A stretch of 64,000 nucleotides of DNA from positions 274,056 through 338,055 of the IMG/VR virus record IMGVR_UViG_3300005326_000040. The stretch is one strand, 5' to 3'. The notes beneath the pieces were generated by a model. That model saw only the letters and a program-made list of their open reading frames with translations. It searched no databases and had not been told where the DNA came from. Both the position numbers and the translations under genes were made by a program. Source of the DNA: a virus. Lineage: Duplodnaviria > Caudoviricetes. Shown piece after piece: positions 1 through 9,943 of the stretch (position 1 is the first letter of the stretch; every line of letters begins with the position of its first letter).

Positions 1-2
1 CT

Positions 3-620
3 ATTTATATTGGGATTAGTGGAAAAGCTAAGCATGGTAAAGATACGTTTGCCCAGCATATTAGCATAGCATTTCGTTATGCTCCTGTTCACGCAATTCA
101 AACCGCATTTGCTGATCCAATTAAGAAAATGGCGCAAATTCAATTTCCCCATTTGACGCGAGCGGATTTGTGGGGGCCGAGTGAAAATAGAGAAAAAATA
201 ATTCAAGGATATGTTAATCCTGAAACCGGAGAGCCTTTGAAAATCCGAGATGTTCTAAAGCATATTGGAACAACATGGGGTCGTGGAACTAATCCTAATT
301 GCTGGATTGACGCAACTTTTGGTCACATAGATTCAACATTTTATGGCCCGCCAGTAGACTCTGGTTGTATTGCGGTAATTTCTGATTGTCGGTTTAGAAA
401 TGAATACGAAGCAATTAGAGCTAAAAAAAACAACATGATTTTCAGATTGTGGCGGCCATCTGTTGAGAATGTTAGCTCGCATCCATCAGAAACCGAGCTT
501 GATGATGAAAGTATTCCTTGGGATGCGCTCATCATAAATAATGATGTTATGGACGATTTTCAAAAAGAAGCTACAAAGGCGGCTGCAAAAGTTTATGATC
601 GATTTGGTCTTAAATTCTAG
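3..620 (+). CDS. Deoxynucleoside monophosphate kinase (5' end truncated by window)
   Basis: Frame is open from position 3 and reads IYIGISGKAKHGKDTFA (P-loop), AFADPIK, ISDCRFRNE and HPSETELD, the typical phage dNMP kinase motifs. The ORF-track start at 129 is internal. Confidence 0.85.
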   Translation: MYIGISGKAKHGKDTFAQHISIAFRYAPVHAIQTAFADPIKKMAQIQFPHLTRADLWGPSENREKIIQGYVNPETGEPLKIRDVLKHIGTTWGRGTNPNCWIDATFGHIDSTFYGPPVDSGCIAVISDCRFRNEYEAIRAKKNNMIFRLWRPSVENVSSHPSETELDDESIPWDALIINNDVMDDFQKEATKAAAKVYDRFGLKF

Positions 621-636
621 CGCAGTAGTGGCGGCT

Positions 637-649
637 AATAATTCCATAT
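637..649 (+). promoter_or_regulatory. Putative late promoter motif AATR-N6-YAT
   Basis: AATA-attcca-TAT, 15 nt before the ATG at 665. The same motif recurs upstream of 9 other genes. Confidence 0.5.
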
Positions 650-664
650 CCTAACAAAGGAATT

Positions 665-1633
665 ATGGCTGTAATCACAATCTCTGTTACTCCGTCAGAA
701 CGTCAACTGGTAAGTGGCATACCTCAATTTGTTGCTATCGCGACAAATATTGCCGCAATTATTTTCTACACTTTGGATGGCACAGATCCTAGCGAGGCAA
801 GTTCAGTTTATACAGATCAAATTGAAATGCCAAGGGATGTTTCTGCTATAACTCTTAAGGTTTATGCTACTAACGGAACGGATTCAAGTTCTGTCCTTGC
901 TCTGACCTACAAAACAGTTTTAGATGGAATGCGGAAAGCTCAAGCTACGGTTTCTTTCTTAGAGAGCGAATATATGTATACCTCTCTCATCGGGGGAAGC
1001 TCGTATGCTCGAAAGGTTCAATACAGTCAAGAACATATGGGAATTTTGGACAAGTCAAATGTTCCCAATACAGTTCAAGATGGGTATGGACCTTATGGAG
1101 AGTTTCCGGTTCAGTCTTACGACCAACCTATTTCTTCTTCGTCAGCGAGATATTCTGAAACCGACAGGCAGGGAAATTATGGTAGAGGTATAGGGACTTT
1201 CAATAGAACTGAAGTGGTTTACTTGCCTCCCGACCCTGAGACTACAAAGCTTTCTGCAAAAAGTTTTAATCCTAGAGCTATGGTTTTGTTTGCTGATAGT
1301 CGGGAACCAACAGATACCGTTCACCTTTTTAGACCGCTTTATTATGATGCGCGTCGCGTAGGCGATTATTATGAAACGTATGAGACAGACGGTAATAGAT
1401 TAACTACCGGCACTTTTTTGAAACAATATTTTAATCCGCGCGATAATACGATCACATATTATTTTAGAGACAGTCGAACGAATCGTTGGATAATTTCTGT
1501 CGAGTCAGCGTCAATACAGCCTACAAATGAACAAGCGAGCCATTTATTCAATGTAGCTCCTGCGGCTTCAGAACAAGGCGCAGGATATATTTATCGTTGG
1601 ATATTCTTTAAAGGCGGCGCCCATTTGACATAA
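665..1633 (+). CDS. Hypothetical protein with N-terminal Fn3-associated/CHB_HEX_C-like domain
   Basis: IFYTLDGTDPSEASSVYT...ITLKVYA is the signature of this Ig-like domain; AAGGA SD upstream. Confidence 0.6.
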   Translation: MAVITISVTPSERQLVSGIPQFVAIATNIAAIIFYTLDGTDPSEASSVYTDQIEMPRDVSAITLKVYATNGTDSSSVLALTYKTVLDGMRKAQATVSFLESEYMYTSLIGGSSYARKVQYSQEHMGILDKSNVPNTVQDGYGPYGEFPVQSYDQPISSSSARYSETDRQGNYGRGIGTFNRTEVVYLPPDPETTKLSAKSFNPRAMVLFADSREPTDTVHLFRPLYYDARRVGDYYETYETDGNRLTTGTFLKQYFNPRDNTITYYFRDSRTNRWIISVESASIQPTNEQASHLFNVAPAASEQGAGYIYRWIFFKGGAHLT

Positions 1634-1664
1634 TTCGCTTTTTCAAGAAAGAAAGCTGGAAAAT

Positions 1665-2474
1665 ATGAGCGAAGTTAGCGGAAAAGTTTCCTTGCCGGTG
1701 CTTTCCTATTCAAAGGTTAGCAGTTATAAACGCTGTCCTAAATGCTACAAATTAGGATATATAGATAAGCTGCCTAAAGTTGAAAAGCCATATACTGTTT
1801 TAGGTAATTTTTGTCATAGTGTTTTGGAAGCGTTCCACAAACATTGGATGCAAACACCTGTAGACAAAGATAAATTCAAAACAGTAATGCGTGATTCTTT
1901 TGCTTTGCAGCGAGAAAAATACAAGGAACGGATTCAAAAAGAACAAGTGGATGATGCTTATGGTATGATGAAGACATATCTAGAGCATATCAGCGACCCA
2001 AAGACTATTTTCCCAAATATCGTATCTTTAGAACAAAAGATTTGGGAAACAGTTAATGATGAGTTTATTTTCCTTGGTTATATCGATAGAGTACAGTTTG
2101 ACAAAGAAGACAATGTGTTTCATATTGTTGACTACAAAACAACTCAAAAGAAGCAGTACTTGAAGGATGATACGCAAATTAAATTGTACGGCCATTTTAT
2201 TGCCCTGAATAATCCTGAAATTGAAAACATTAGAGTTTCCTACATTTTACTTAAACATAAAATGCAGTATATGACGAAAGAGTATAACGTTAGTGCTTTG
2301 GCAGAAGCTAAGGATCATTTTGTCGAGCAGTGGCATGAACTGAAGAATGATCAGTTGTTCAGAGCGAACGCAGGTTTTGGCAGTTGTACAATTTGTGATT
2401 ACGTTGATATATGTCAAGAAGGACGAGACTTAATTCATCGTAAGAAGTCATATTTCGGCGAAACGGACTGGTGA
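1665..2474 (+). CDS. PD-(D/E)XK exonuclease, RecB/AddB/Cas4-like, with 4-Cys putative Fe-S staple
   Basis: LSYSKVSSYKRCP, LGNFCHSVLE, GYIDRV, IVDYKT, QIKLY and C-terminal CxxCxxxxxC. Confidence 0.85.
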   Translation: MSEVSGKVSLPVLSYSKVSSYKRCPKCYKLGYIDKLPKVEKPYTVLGNFCHSVLEAFHKHWMQTPVDKDKFKTVMRDSFALQREKYKERIQKEQVDDAYGMMKTYLEHISDPKTIFPNIVSLEQKIWETVNDEFIFLGYIDRVQFDKEDNVFHIVDYKTTQKKQYLKDDTQIKLYGHFIALNNPEIENIRVSYILLKHKMQYMTKEYNVSALAEAKDHFVEQWHELKNDQLFRANAGFGSCTICDYVDICQEGRDLIHRKKSYFGETDW

Positions 2475-3775
2475 AAGGAACAAAGATGACAATTATTCAG
2501 AAAGAAAATATCGAAACATGTCGCGATCGTATCATTTTTTCTTTTGATAAAGAGAAGGTTACAGCTACGGTAGATGACATTGTTGAGACTATTAAAAAGA
2601 ATCAGACTCCCATTAAGGGTTTTCGCAAGGGACGCGCGCCGGATAGTGCTATCAAAACAACTGCTCGGAAGTATATTATCGAGGAAGTAAAACGTCGTCT
2701 TATTTCTGAGGCGTTTCAGGATATTATTTTTGAAACGAAGATTAAGCCTTTTGGTAGCCCCGACATTAAAGAAGTTGATGTTTCCATGACCAACTTTAAG
2801 TTGGATATGGAAGTGCCGTATTTCCCAACGTTTGAGCTTAATCAGCACAAAGGTTTTAATTTGACTGAGCCTACAGGGCTACCTACTATTGAAGAGCTAA
2901 CAGAAAGAACAAAGTCTGATCTTCAGACCGAGCAGCCTAATCTTCGCCCGTATAATCAAGATGATTTTGCGATGGATGGAGATACCGTCTTTGTAAATTA
3001 CAACGGCACTATTAACGGCAAGAGTTTCGAGAATTCTAATGCTACTAACGTCATGATTCAAATGAATGGTGGTATGTTTGTAAGAGAATTTGAAGTTAAC
3101 ATTATGGGCATGCATGTAGGCGAAAAACGCGAGTTTGATATCGCTTTTACGTCAGATCATAATGTTGATAAGAAGCTCGTAGGCAAGACGGTGCATTTTG
3201 ATGTCGAGCTTGCTAATGGCGTGAAGAAAGAAGTGGCAGAGATTGATGATGCGTTTGCTCAAAAGATTGGTTTAGAGAATTTGGAAGCTCTAAATCAAAA
3301 GATTGCTGAGCGGGTTAATGCACATTTAGCGCAGCTTCGAAGTACACAGCTGCAAAATCAGGCGATTGATTTGATGATTGCTTCAAATCCAATTGACATT
3401 CCTGATTGGATGAGCCTAAGTGCTGCTGAGAATCTTGCGCGTTCTCGCACCTTGAATTGGAATGAATGCACCCCTGAGTTGCGACAGGGTCTTATTGCTG
3501 AGGCAGCAAAAGCTCTGAAGACATCAATGATTCTAAATGAGATTCGCGGCAAGGAAGTGGAAACAGCTTTATCTCACGATGAAATTGAAAATGTTATTAA
3601 GACCAATTTGCGTCAGCTGCCTCCTGAACTACAAACTCAGTTTTTAAGTCAGAATGGAATGATGTCTAGATTGTATGCCGAGATTCAGGACACCCAAGTT
3701 TTGGATTGGGTTGTTAAGAATTCAACTGTCGGTTCGACAACTGAAGAAACAAAAGAAGAAAACAAGGGAGAATAA
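2471..3775 (+). CDS. tig: Trigger factor (ribosome-associated chaperone/PPIase)
   Basis: Ribosome-binding loop IKGFRKGRAP, FKBP-like domain (GDTVFVNYNG...GMHVGEKREFDIAF), helical C domain; 434 aa. Real start may be the ATG at 2486. Confidence 0.9.
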   Translation: MKGTKMTIIQKENIETCRDRIIFSFDKEKVTATVDDIVETIKKNQTPIKGFRKGRAPDSAIKTTARKYIIEEVKRRLISEAFQDIIFETKIKPFGSPDIKEVDVSMTNFKLDMEVPYFPTFELNQHKGFNLTEPTGLPTIEELTERTKSDLQTEQPNLRPYNQDDFAMDGDTVFVNYNGTINGKSFENSNATNVMIQMNGGMFVREFEVNIMGMHVGEKREFDIAFTSDHNVDKKLVGKTVHFDVELANGVKKEVAEIDDAFAQKIGLENLEALNQKIAERVNAHLAQLRSTQLQNQAIDLMIASNPIDIPDWMSLSAAENLARSRTLNWNECTPELRQGLIAEAAKALKTSMILNEIRGKEVETALSHDEIENVIKTNLRQLPPELQTQFLSQNGMMSRLYAEIQDTQVLDWVVKNSTVGSTTEETKEENKGE

Positions 3776-3778
3776 GTT

Positions 3779-4120
3779 ATGCCTCGTGTAAAGAAAGAAA
3801 AAGCTGGTGCCGGTGAGTTCCCCGCAAAGTTTGCCAAGGTTCTTGGTGAAGAGTGGATGAGTGCAACTGATTCTCTGGACACAGAGGAGTTGAAGAAGAT
3901 TGTTGTTGACGCTGCGAATATGATCGAAGAGCAGGAAAAGCAGCGCGACGCTGATATGGAACTCAAGCAGCAGAAGGAAAAGCTCAAGGAGATGTCTGGG
4001 CTTTATAAGGAAGACCTTTTCTATCAAAAGGCCCGTATCAAGTACTCTCTTAAGGTTCTTGAGTCCCGAGGGATCAAGGTTGCCCCTGCAAAGGAAGCGG
4101 CAATTAAAACGGGCGGATGA
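3779..4120 (+). CDS. Hypothetical coiled-coil protein
   Basis: 113 aa ORF, GGGAGA SD, charged helical composition. Confidence 0.6.
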   Translation: MPRVKKEKAGAGEFPAKFAKVLGEEWMSATDSLDTEELKKIVVDAANMIEEQEKQRDADMELKQQKEKLKEMSGLYKEDLFYQKARIKYSLKVLESRGIKVAPAKEAAIKTGG

Positions 4121-4419
4121 TAAAGAAAAGTGTAATCAAGCAGGTTGGAAACTGTAATTGCTCCGGAGGGAAAGCAAGAATTTCAATTGCTTTCCCTTCT
4201 GGGGTGACCCGCGAGTTTATCGAAAAATGTAAAAGCGCGGGGTTTGAAGACGAGCCGGAATACACAAAAGCCGGAATGCTCTACCTCAAAAAAGGCCCTG
4301 TTGTTGTTTCAGGGGCGATATGCCTTCGAAACGCCAATATAGTTTGCCTTAAAAAAGATTCACAAAATTGTGAAGCCGAGATTGATAAAGTTATCTCGGA
4401 ACTAGAGCGGTTGTGTTAA
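4117..4419 (+). CDS. Hypothetical protein
   Basis: ATGA overlap with the previous gene; 100 aa. Confidence 0.55.
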   Translation: MIKKSVIKQVGNCNCSGGKARISIAFPSGVTREFIEKCKSAGFEDEPEYTKAGMLYLKKGPVVVSGAICLRNANIVCLKKDSQNCEAEIDKVISELERLC

Positions 4420-4431
4420 CTGTTGTCAATT

Positions 4432-4460
4432 TTGACTTCAGTTACCTAAGCTTGTATGGT
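4432..4460 (+). promoter_or_regulatory. Sigma70-like promoter
   Basis: TTGACT-N17-TATGGT in the intergenic gap before 4486. Confidence 0.55.
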
Positions 4461-4485
4461 TATTGCCTAAGGAAAGGTTAACTTC

Positions 4486-4806
4486 ATGGATTATAGAATA
4501 TTTGATGAAGATAATGAGCATTGCGGTTATGCCGCAGGGCATGGCGGGAAATCGCCGTGTAAAGCATGTAAAGGAGCCATCTGCATTCACTGGATGCAAA
4601 ATTTATCTGCCGTAAAACTTAATAGTTATCCCGGCGGCGATAAAATGAAACATTATACGGATTTAACTGTTAGGTTTGATTTGAAAATGTTTCAGGATTT
4701 GAAAACAGAAATTCTTAATTTCGATGTTCGAAAGTCAGTAATAGACGGCAAGGCAACGTATAAATCAATCATGCGAGAAAATTTTCTACCAAAAGAAGGC
4801 AAATAA
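4486..4806 (+). CDS. Hypothetical protein with Cys/His motif
   Basis: HC...CKACKGAICIHW; own promoter and SD. Confidence 0.55.
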   Translation: MDYRIFDEDNEHCGYAAGHGGKSPCKACKGAICIHWMQNLSAVKLNSYPGGDKMKHYTDLTVRFDLKMFQDLKTEILNFDVRKSVIDGKATYKSIMRENFLPKEGK

Positions 4807-5286
4807 ATGTTTACATTTACTGTTACGGTTGGACAATTACTAGCACACGCTGTGGGCGATTATGGATTGCAGTCAGATTGGATGGCAGCAGATAAAACAT
4901 CCAAATGGCAACCTGCTTTAGCTCACGCATTTACTTATACTTTGCCATTTTTATTCCTTACGAGATGTTGGTGGGCGCTTCTTCTTATTATGGGTTCGCA
5001 TTATGTAATTGATCGTTATCGTTTAATTCGATATTACATCTGGCTGAAGAATTTTATTTCTCCCAAGGTAGTTCCTAAGGAAGTTTTGAAATTTAATCCT
5101 GACGGGTCTCTTGCGAGTTCAAGTATAACCTATGTTAGGTATTATTCGTGGGAGCAATGTTCCAAAACAGGAATGTATACTGGGAAGCCTGATTGGCTGG
5201 CTGTTTGGTTGATGATTATCACAGACAATCTTGCACACATTCTTTGTAATGGGCTGATCCTTTCGGTAGCTCAGTTTGTAGCCTAA
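4807..5286 (+). CDS. DUF3307-like membrane protein
   Basis: LLAHAVGDYGLQSDWMA...HAFTY...HYVIDRY...DNLAH pattern with hydrophobic helices. Confidence 0.7.
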   Translation: MFTFTVTVGQLLAHAVGDYGLQSDWMAADKTSKWQPALAHAFTYTLPFLFLTRCWWALLLIMGSHYVIDRYRLIRYYIWLKNFISPKVVPKEVLKFNPDGSLASSSITYVRYYSWEQCSKTGMYTGKPDWLAVWLMIITDNLAHILCNGLILSVAQFVA

Positions 5287-5295
5287 GGTGTCTTC

Positions 5296-8200
5296 ATGAC
5301 AGAGTACGTTTCTCTTCACAACTATACATATTTCTCTATCATGCGGTCCATTAATAAGCCTTCGGCTTTGATGGACGCTGCCGCCGCTTTGGGGATGAAA
5401 GCCATCGCGGTGACTGATTATGGTACACTGTCTGGTTTGTGGGATTCGTACAAAGCAGCAAAGAAAACGAAGTTGATTTGCGGCTGTCAAATTAATTTTA
5501 CCGATACTCGCGATCCAGTTGTAAGGTTTCTTTGTAACGAAGATCCAAAGCCGCAAATTCAACCAAGGACGATGATTCTAATTGCAAAGAACGCAATTGG
5601 ATACAAGCACCTTCTTGAAATCAATTTTGAGGCAGAAAAGTGCAAGTTAGAAAAGAACTCAAAGATTGATAAGGTTGCGCTAATTGACTGGGACGTTCTT
5701 CAAGAAAAGCATGAAGGATTGATTTGTCTCACGTCAAATGCTGGCGGAATTGTCGGGCGCCATCTTTCAGACGGCGAGCATGAAAAGGCAATCAAGGAAG
5801 CCAAACGATTCAAAGAATTGTTTGGAGACGATTTTGCTTTTGAGCTACAGCCAAACAATATGATGATGGATGGCGCAGAGCAGTTTGCTGTCAATCAAAA
5901 TCTACGGCGTCTTGGCGCAGAACTAGGGATTCGATGCGTTGCCGCGAGCAATGCCTATTACGTCAACAAAGAAGAAGCTGAATGCTATGATTTCTTGGTG
6001 GCGATAAAGAATCATCGCTCTTATAATGACCGTTCGCGGCCTAAAATTAATCGACCAAACTTTTATCTACATTCAGCGGAAGATATCGTTAAGTTCTTTT
6101 CTAGGAATTATGGAAGCAAATTTGCAGAAGAACTATGCGACAATACAGTTTATTACGCTGACAAGTGTGAAAAGCCTGAGTGGATTAAGCCTCAGCATGT
6201 AACGGGTGACAAAGCCCTGTTGCCTGATTTTCCCGTACATGATCAGCCGGACTTGGCAGAATTTGGGAAATGGAAAGAGGACAATAAGGAAATTGTAGAA
6301 CAAGTCAAAGCTGACGACAAACTCTATATGAGATACTGGTGTGAAGCCAATTGGAACAGCCACACACCTAAAGAGAAAAACCAAGTTTACTGGGACCGTT
6401 ATCAGAAAGAAGAACTGCCAGTATATGAACAGCTAGGCTTCAGTTCATATATGTTAATCACTGCTGATTTTCTTCAGTGGGGGCGCAAGCAAAACATACG
6501 TATTGGTCCAGGGCGAGGTTCTGTTGGTTGTAGCTTGGTTGCTTATGATTTAGATATCCATCGTGCTGACCCGATTAAATACGGGCTTCCTTTTGCTCGC
6601 TTCTTAAACTTGGATAAGAAAGATTATCCAGACATTGATAATGATATTGAACCAAATGGTCGAGAGCGAATTATTAACTACGTTCGGCGTAAGTATGGGA
6701 ATGAACGGGTAGTACACGTTTCAAACTTTGTTACATTTACTCCAAAGAACGCGATTACAGACGTAATTACCTCTTTGGAAATTGGCGGCTCCAGACAGTC
6801 AGCTTTCAAGATTGCAAAAAATCTAACGGAAACAATTTCAAACGAAGCAAAATCTATTGCGTCGGCTGAAGAGTCGTCTCCTTTCCTCAAAGACTTTTTA
6901 GAGAAATATCCACAAGCTAAGAAGTTCGCAGAGGTATTGATTGGTTTGCCGCGAAGCTATTCTACACATGCCGCAGGAGTTGTAGTTAGCAAGTATAACC
7001 TCTTAGGGCTAGTTCCATTACGAATTGACGAACATGGAACTATTGCTCTCGAATATGAAAAAACCAGAACCGAAGAGAACGGTTTGGTTAAGATTGACTT
7101 CTTAGGGTTGGAAACGCTTGATATAATCAATAAAGTCCATGAGATTATCCAGACAAATGGTGGCGAACCACCTTTAGACCCTCCCGATTTTGATAAGTAC
7201 GATAAAAAGATTTTTGATATGATTTCGGAGGGTGACACGTTCGGTGTTTTTCAGTTTGGTAGTAGCGGTGGAACCATCGATATCTGCAAAAAGGTTCAGC
7301 CTATGAACCTTCTTGACCTTGCTGCTATTAACGCTTTGACGCGACCGGGCGTTTCGCATGACGTTCGTAAGTCTTATATTGCTCGTCGGTTTGGAGAAGA
7401 ACCAGCAGAGTTTCCTCACCCGTCTTTTGAACTAGCATTAAAGGAAACGCTTGGGCTTCCTATCTTTGAAGAGTGCTTTTTGTTCTTGGCTCACTATTTT
7501 TGTGGCTGGGACCTTGGCCGTAGCGATAAGATGAGAAAGATTTCAAAACTAAAAGCAAAAGGAAAACATCTTCTCAAAGAAATTAGGGAAGGCTTTATTC
7601 AAGGCGCCATGGAACATTCTGGCGTGACAGAAGAATTTGTTACAGAGATTTGGGACGAATGGGTCGTGCCTCTATCTGGATATGCGTTCAATAAGTCTCA
7701 CGCTATTGAGTATTCAATGGTGGGCTTTCAGACGGCTTATTTGAAAGCCTATTACCCAGCCGAATTTATGACGGCAAACTTGATTTCTGAAATCAAGAGC
7801 AATGCTCCTCAAGCAAAAGATAACGCACTTAGATTCCGGCATATGTTGCGTAAGCATGGCGTAAAGATTTTGCCTCCGGACGTTAATCTTTCTGGGCCGA
7901 CATATAAACTTGCTTCTCAATCCAAATTGATTACAGGCTTTTCCGCTCTTCATGGAGTACAGCAACCAGCAGCAGAAGACATTGCTAATAAACGCCCGTT
8001 CTCTTCGTTCACTGACTTCATAACTCGCGTAGATTCAACTCTGGTTCGTTCTCCTGTAGTTGAAGCGATGGCGGCTTGTGGGGCGTTAGATTGTTTTGGG
8101 TTGACCCGCAAATCGATGTTTTTATATGCCGCCGACTTGAAACTGAAGATGAAGAACTGGGCGAAACGAAAGACAACCCAGGGTAAGCCTTTTGAATACA

Positions 8201-8817
8201 CTCTTCCTAATGAGGAGTGGACAAAGGGACAATTGCGAGCTTTGGAGACGCATTATCTTGGCGAAGCTCTTTCTGGGACCAAAAAGGATTCTTATCCCGT
8301 TCTTTTTGTTGATAAAGGAGTCTCTCATATCAGAGATATGAAAGATATGCCGGATAAGTATCGGGTTGTTGTGGAACTGGAAGTGAAGGATTTGTTTGTC
8401 TTTAGGGTTAAGAAGAAGGAAAGCAAAATATTCAACGAGGAAGTTTGTAAGATTACTGGCGAGGATATTCTTGAAGACCAAATTGGTGTGGTTGTTTTTC
8501 CTGAGCAGTTTGCTGTGTTGCAGATGAAGTACGCTGAAACGTTCGGCGAAAATGCAAAGCTTGATAAAAACTTTGGGCTTCGTTTGTCGGGTACGATTAG
8601 CCGGTACAATGGCGAGTTGTCACTAACTGTGTCTGAGATTTATGCCTTAATGAAGCCTGTTGCCATGCCTGTAGATATGAAAAACCTTAAGAAGGAACGC
8701 AAGAAGATTGAAATCTATTCAGGTATGTCAAAGAAGAAACTGGCGGAAAAGACATCAGAAGACATTACAGAAGACTTGTTAGATATGATTGTTATGGATA
8801 AAGATTATGAATTTTGA
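5296..8817 (+). CDS. dnaE: DNA polymerase III alpha subunit (family C)
   Basis: PHP fold, GPGRGSVGCSLVAY, YPDIDND, HAAGVV, KIDFLGL, YAFNKSHA, C-terminal OB fold; 1173 aa; no intein. Confidence 0.97.
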   Translation: MTEYVSLHNYTYFSIMRSINKPSALMDAAAALGMKAIAVTDYGTLSGLWDSYKAAKKTKLICGCQINFTDTRDPVVRFLCNEDPKPQIQPRTMILIAKNAIGYKHLLEINFEAEKCKLEKNSKIDKVALIDWDVLQEKHEGLICLTSNAGGIVGRHLSDGEHEKAIKEAKRFKELFGDDFAFELQPNNMMMDGAEQFAVNQNLRRLGAELGIRCVAASNAYYVNKEEAECYDFLVAIKNHRSYNDRSRPKINRPNFYLHSAEDIVKFFSRNYGSKFAEELCDNTVYYADKCEKPEWIKPQHVTGDKALLPDFPVHDQPDLAEFGKWKEDNKEIVEQVKADDKLYMRYWCEANWNSHTPKEKNQVYWDRYQKEELPVYEQLGFSSYMLITADFLQWGRKQNIRIGPGRGSVGCSLVAYDLDIHRADPIKYGLPFARFLNLDKKDYPDIDNDIEPNGRERIINYVRRKYGNERVVHVSNFVTFTPKNAITDVITSLEIGGSRQSAFKIAKNLTETISNEAKSIASAEESSPFLKDFLEKYPQAKKFAEVLIGLPRSYSTHAAGVVVSKYNLLGLVPLRIDEHGTIALEYEKTRTEENGLVKIDFLGLETLDIINKVHEIIQTNGGEPPLDPPDFDKYDKKIFDMISEGDTFGVFQFGSSGGTIDICKKVQPMNLLDLAAINALTRPGVSHDVRKSYIARRFGEEPAEFPHPSFELALKETLGLPIFEECFLFLAHYFCGWDLGRSDKMRKISKLKAKGKHLLKEIREGFIQGAMEHSGVTEEFVTEIWDEWVVPLSGYAFNKSHAIEYSMVGFQTAYLKAYYPAEFMTANLISEIKSNAPQAKDNALRFRHMLRKHGVKILPPDVNLSGPTYKLASQSKLITGFSALHGVQQPAAEDIANKRPFSSFTDFITRVDSTLVRSPVVEAMAACGALDCFGLTRKSMFLYAADLKLKMKNWAKRKTTQGKPFEYTLPNEEWTKGQLRALETHYLGEALSGTKKDSYPVLFVDKGVSHIRDMKDMPDKYRVVVELEVKDLFVFRVKKKESKIFNEEVCKITGEDILEDQIGVVVFPEQFAVLQMKYAETFGENAKLDKNFGLRLSGTISRYNGELSLTVSEIYALMKPVAMPVDMKNLKKERKKIEIYSGMSKKKLAEKTSEDITEDLLDMIVMDKDYEF

Positions 8818-8826
8818 TGATATATA
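8818..8826 (+). promoter_or_regulatory. TGnTATATA extended -10-like motif
   Basis: TGATATATA upstream of 8863; recurs at 11690, 51497, 52477 and 57672 (-). Confidence 0.45.
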
Positions 8827-8862
8827 TAGTTATCGGTAATTACTATTTCTTATAAAGGTTCC

Positions 8863-9564
8863 ATGAAATGTCAAAGTTGTCAATGTGAAGTCCCGCCTGC
8901 GTTTGTTCACGCTATTCAAACGAATGTCTGCCCTGGCTGCGCAAATCCAATTATGGATGAGCAGATGGTCGAGCTTATGAGAGGCTTGGCCGATGCTATG
9001 TCTCAAATGGAATACAATCCCCAAGGGATCGCTGGCTGGTTAATGGATAACTATCGGCTTGAAAAGGTTGGTCCTGGGGAGCCTACAGGGTTCCATCAAG
9101 TAAAGAAACATGTAACAGTTGGTGTCGCTGGCGCGACTGGCACAAGTTATACCGATGAAAAAACTGAGCGATTGAATAAGTTTTTTGAGAATGCTGGTGC
9201 GCCAAAGAATGTTGTTGGTATGACTAAGAAAGATCTTGTAGCTCAGAATGAGGCTGCGGCAACAGCACAAGGGCAAAGCGACGTTGAGGATGAGATGCAA
9301 GAAGAGGATATTCTTGCTATTAAACGCGCTGCACTGTTAGAAAAGCAAGGGGCGTCCGAGGAAGTGTCGTCCGCAATGGGTCTTGGTTCCATGGCCGTAG
9401 TTCCTGGTGCTCCTGACCCATATGCTCAACCTCCTGTTAATGACCTTATGTCGCCCCATCTTCGTGCTCTTCGGGAGCAGCAGCAACAGAAGATTGAGGA
9501 AAGTCGCAATGCTGTGTTGTCTGGTGTTCGTGTAAATAAGAACGGGTTTACTAGAGCAGGCTAA
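8863..9564 (+). CDS. Hypothetical protein with N-terminal zinc ribbon
   Basis: CQSC...CPGC at the N-terminus. Confidence 0.65.
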   Translation: MKCQSCQCEVPPAFVHAIQTNVCPGCANPIMDEQMVELMRGLADAMSQMEYNPQGIAGWLMDNYRLEKVGPGEPTGFHQVKKHVTVGVAGATGTSYTDEKTERLNKFFENAGAPKNVVGMTKKDLVAQNEAAATAQGQSDVEDEMQEEDILAIKRAALLEKQGASEEVSSAMGLGSMAVVPGAPDPYAQPPVNDLMSPHLRALREQQQQKIEESRNAVLSGVRVNKNGFTRAG

Positions 9565-9565
9565 A

Positions 9566-9919
9566 ATGTTTAGAATTGTTGACAATAAGAACGTCGAAAT
9601 GACAGACGATGAGTTTGGTGAATTTGAAAAGATTTGCCGAGCACATGACCAGCCAACATTTAAAGGTGAAGAGCTTTTTAGAGACCGATTTTACACCGAT
9701 GACAATGGTAAGATTGTTTGTCTCAAAGCTCTTGGAAACCGTATGGTTAGTTTTGAAGTTGTTTTCTTTTTGATGAACTTAATGCAGAATCAACATTTGC
9801 GCGCAATGTATGCTGAGATTGATGTGTTGGTTACTAAAGTTGAAGATAAATTGCTTCAAGTAGATGAAAAGTTAAAAGATATGTCTGTTTATATGGACAG
9901 CCATTTCCCAAAAACCTAA
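9566..9919 (+). CDS. Hypothetical protein
   Basis: 117 aa, tightly packed in the operon. Confidence 0.6.
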   Translation: MFRIVDNKNVEMTDDEFGEFEKICRAHDQPTFKGEELFRDRFYTDDNGKIVCLKALGNRMVSFEVVFFLMNLMQNQHLRAMYAEIDVLVTKVEDKLLQVDEKLKDMSVYMDSHFPKT

Positions 9920-9943
9920 TTCGCTTGTCGAGCAGCTTCATCT

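Noticed and set aside
1665-2474. Cas4 / CRISPR adaptation locus
   Set aside because: No cas1/cas2 and no repeat-spacer array; stand-alone RecB/Cas4-like nucleases are common in phage replication modules.
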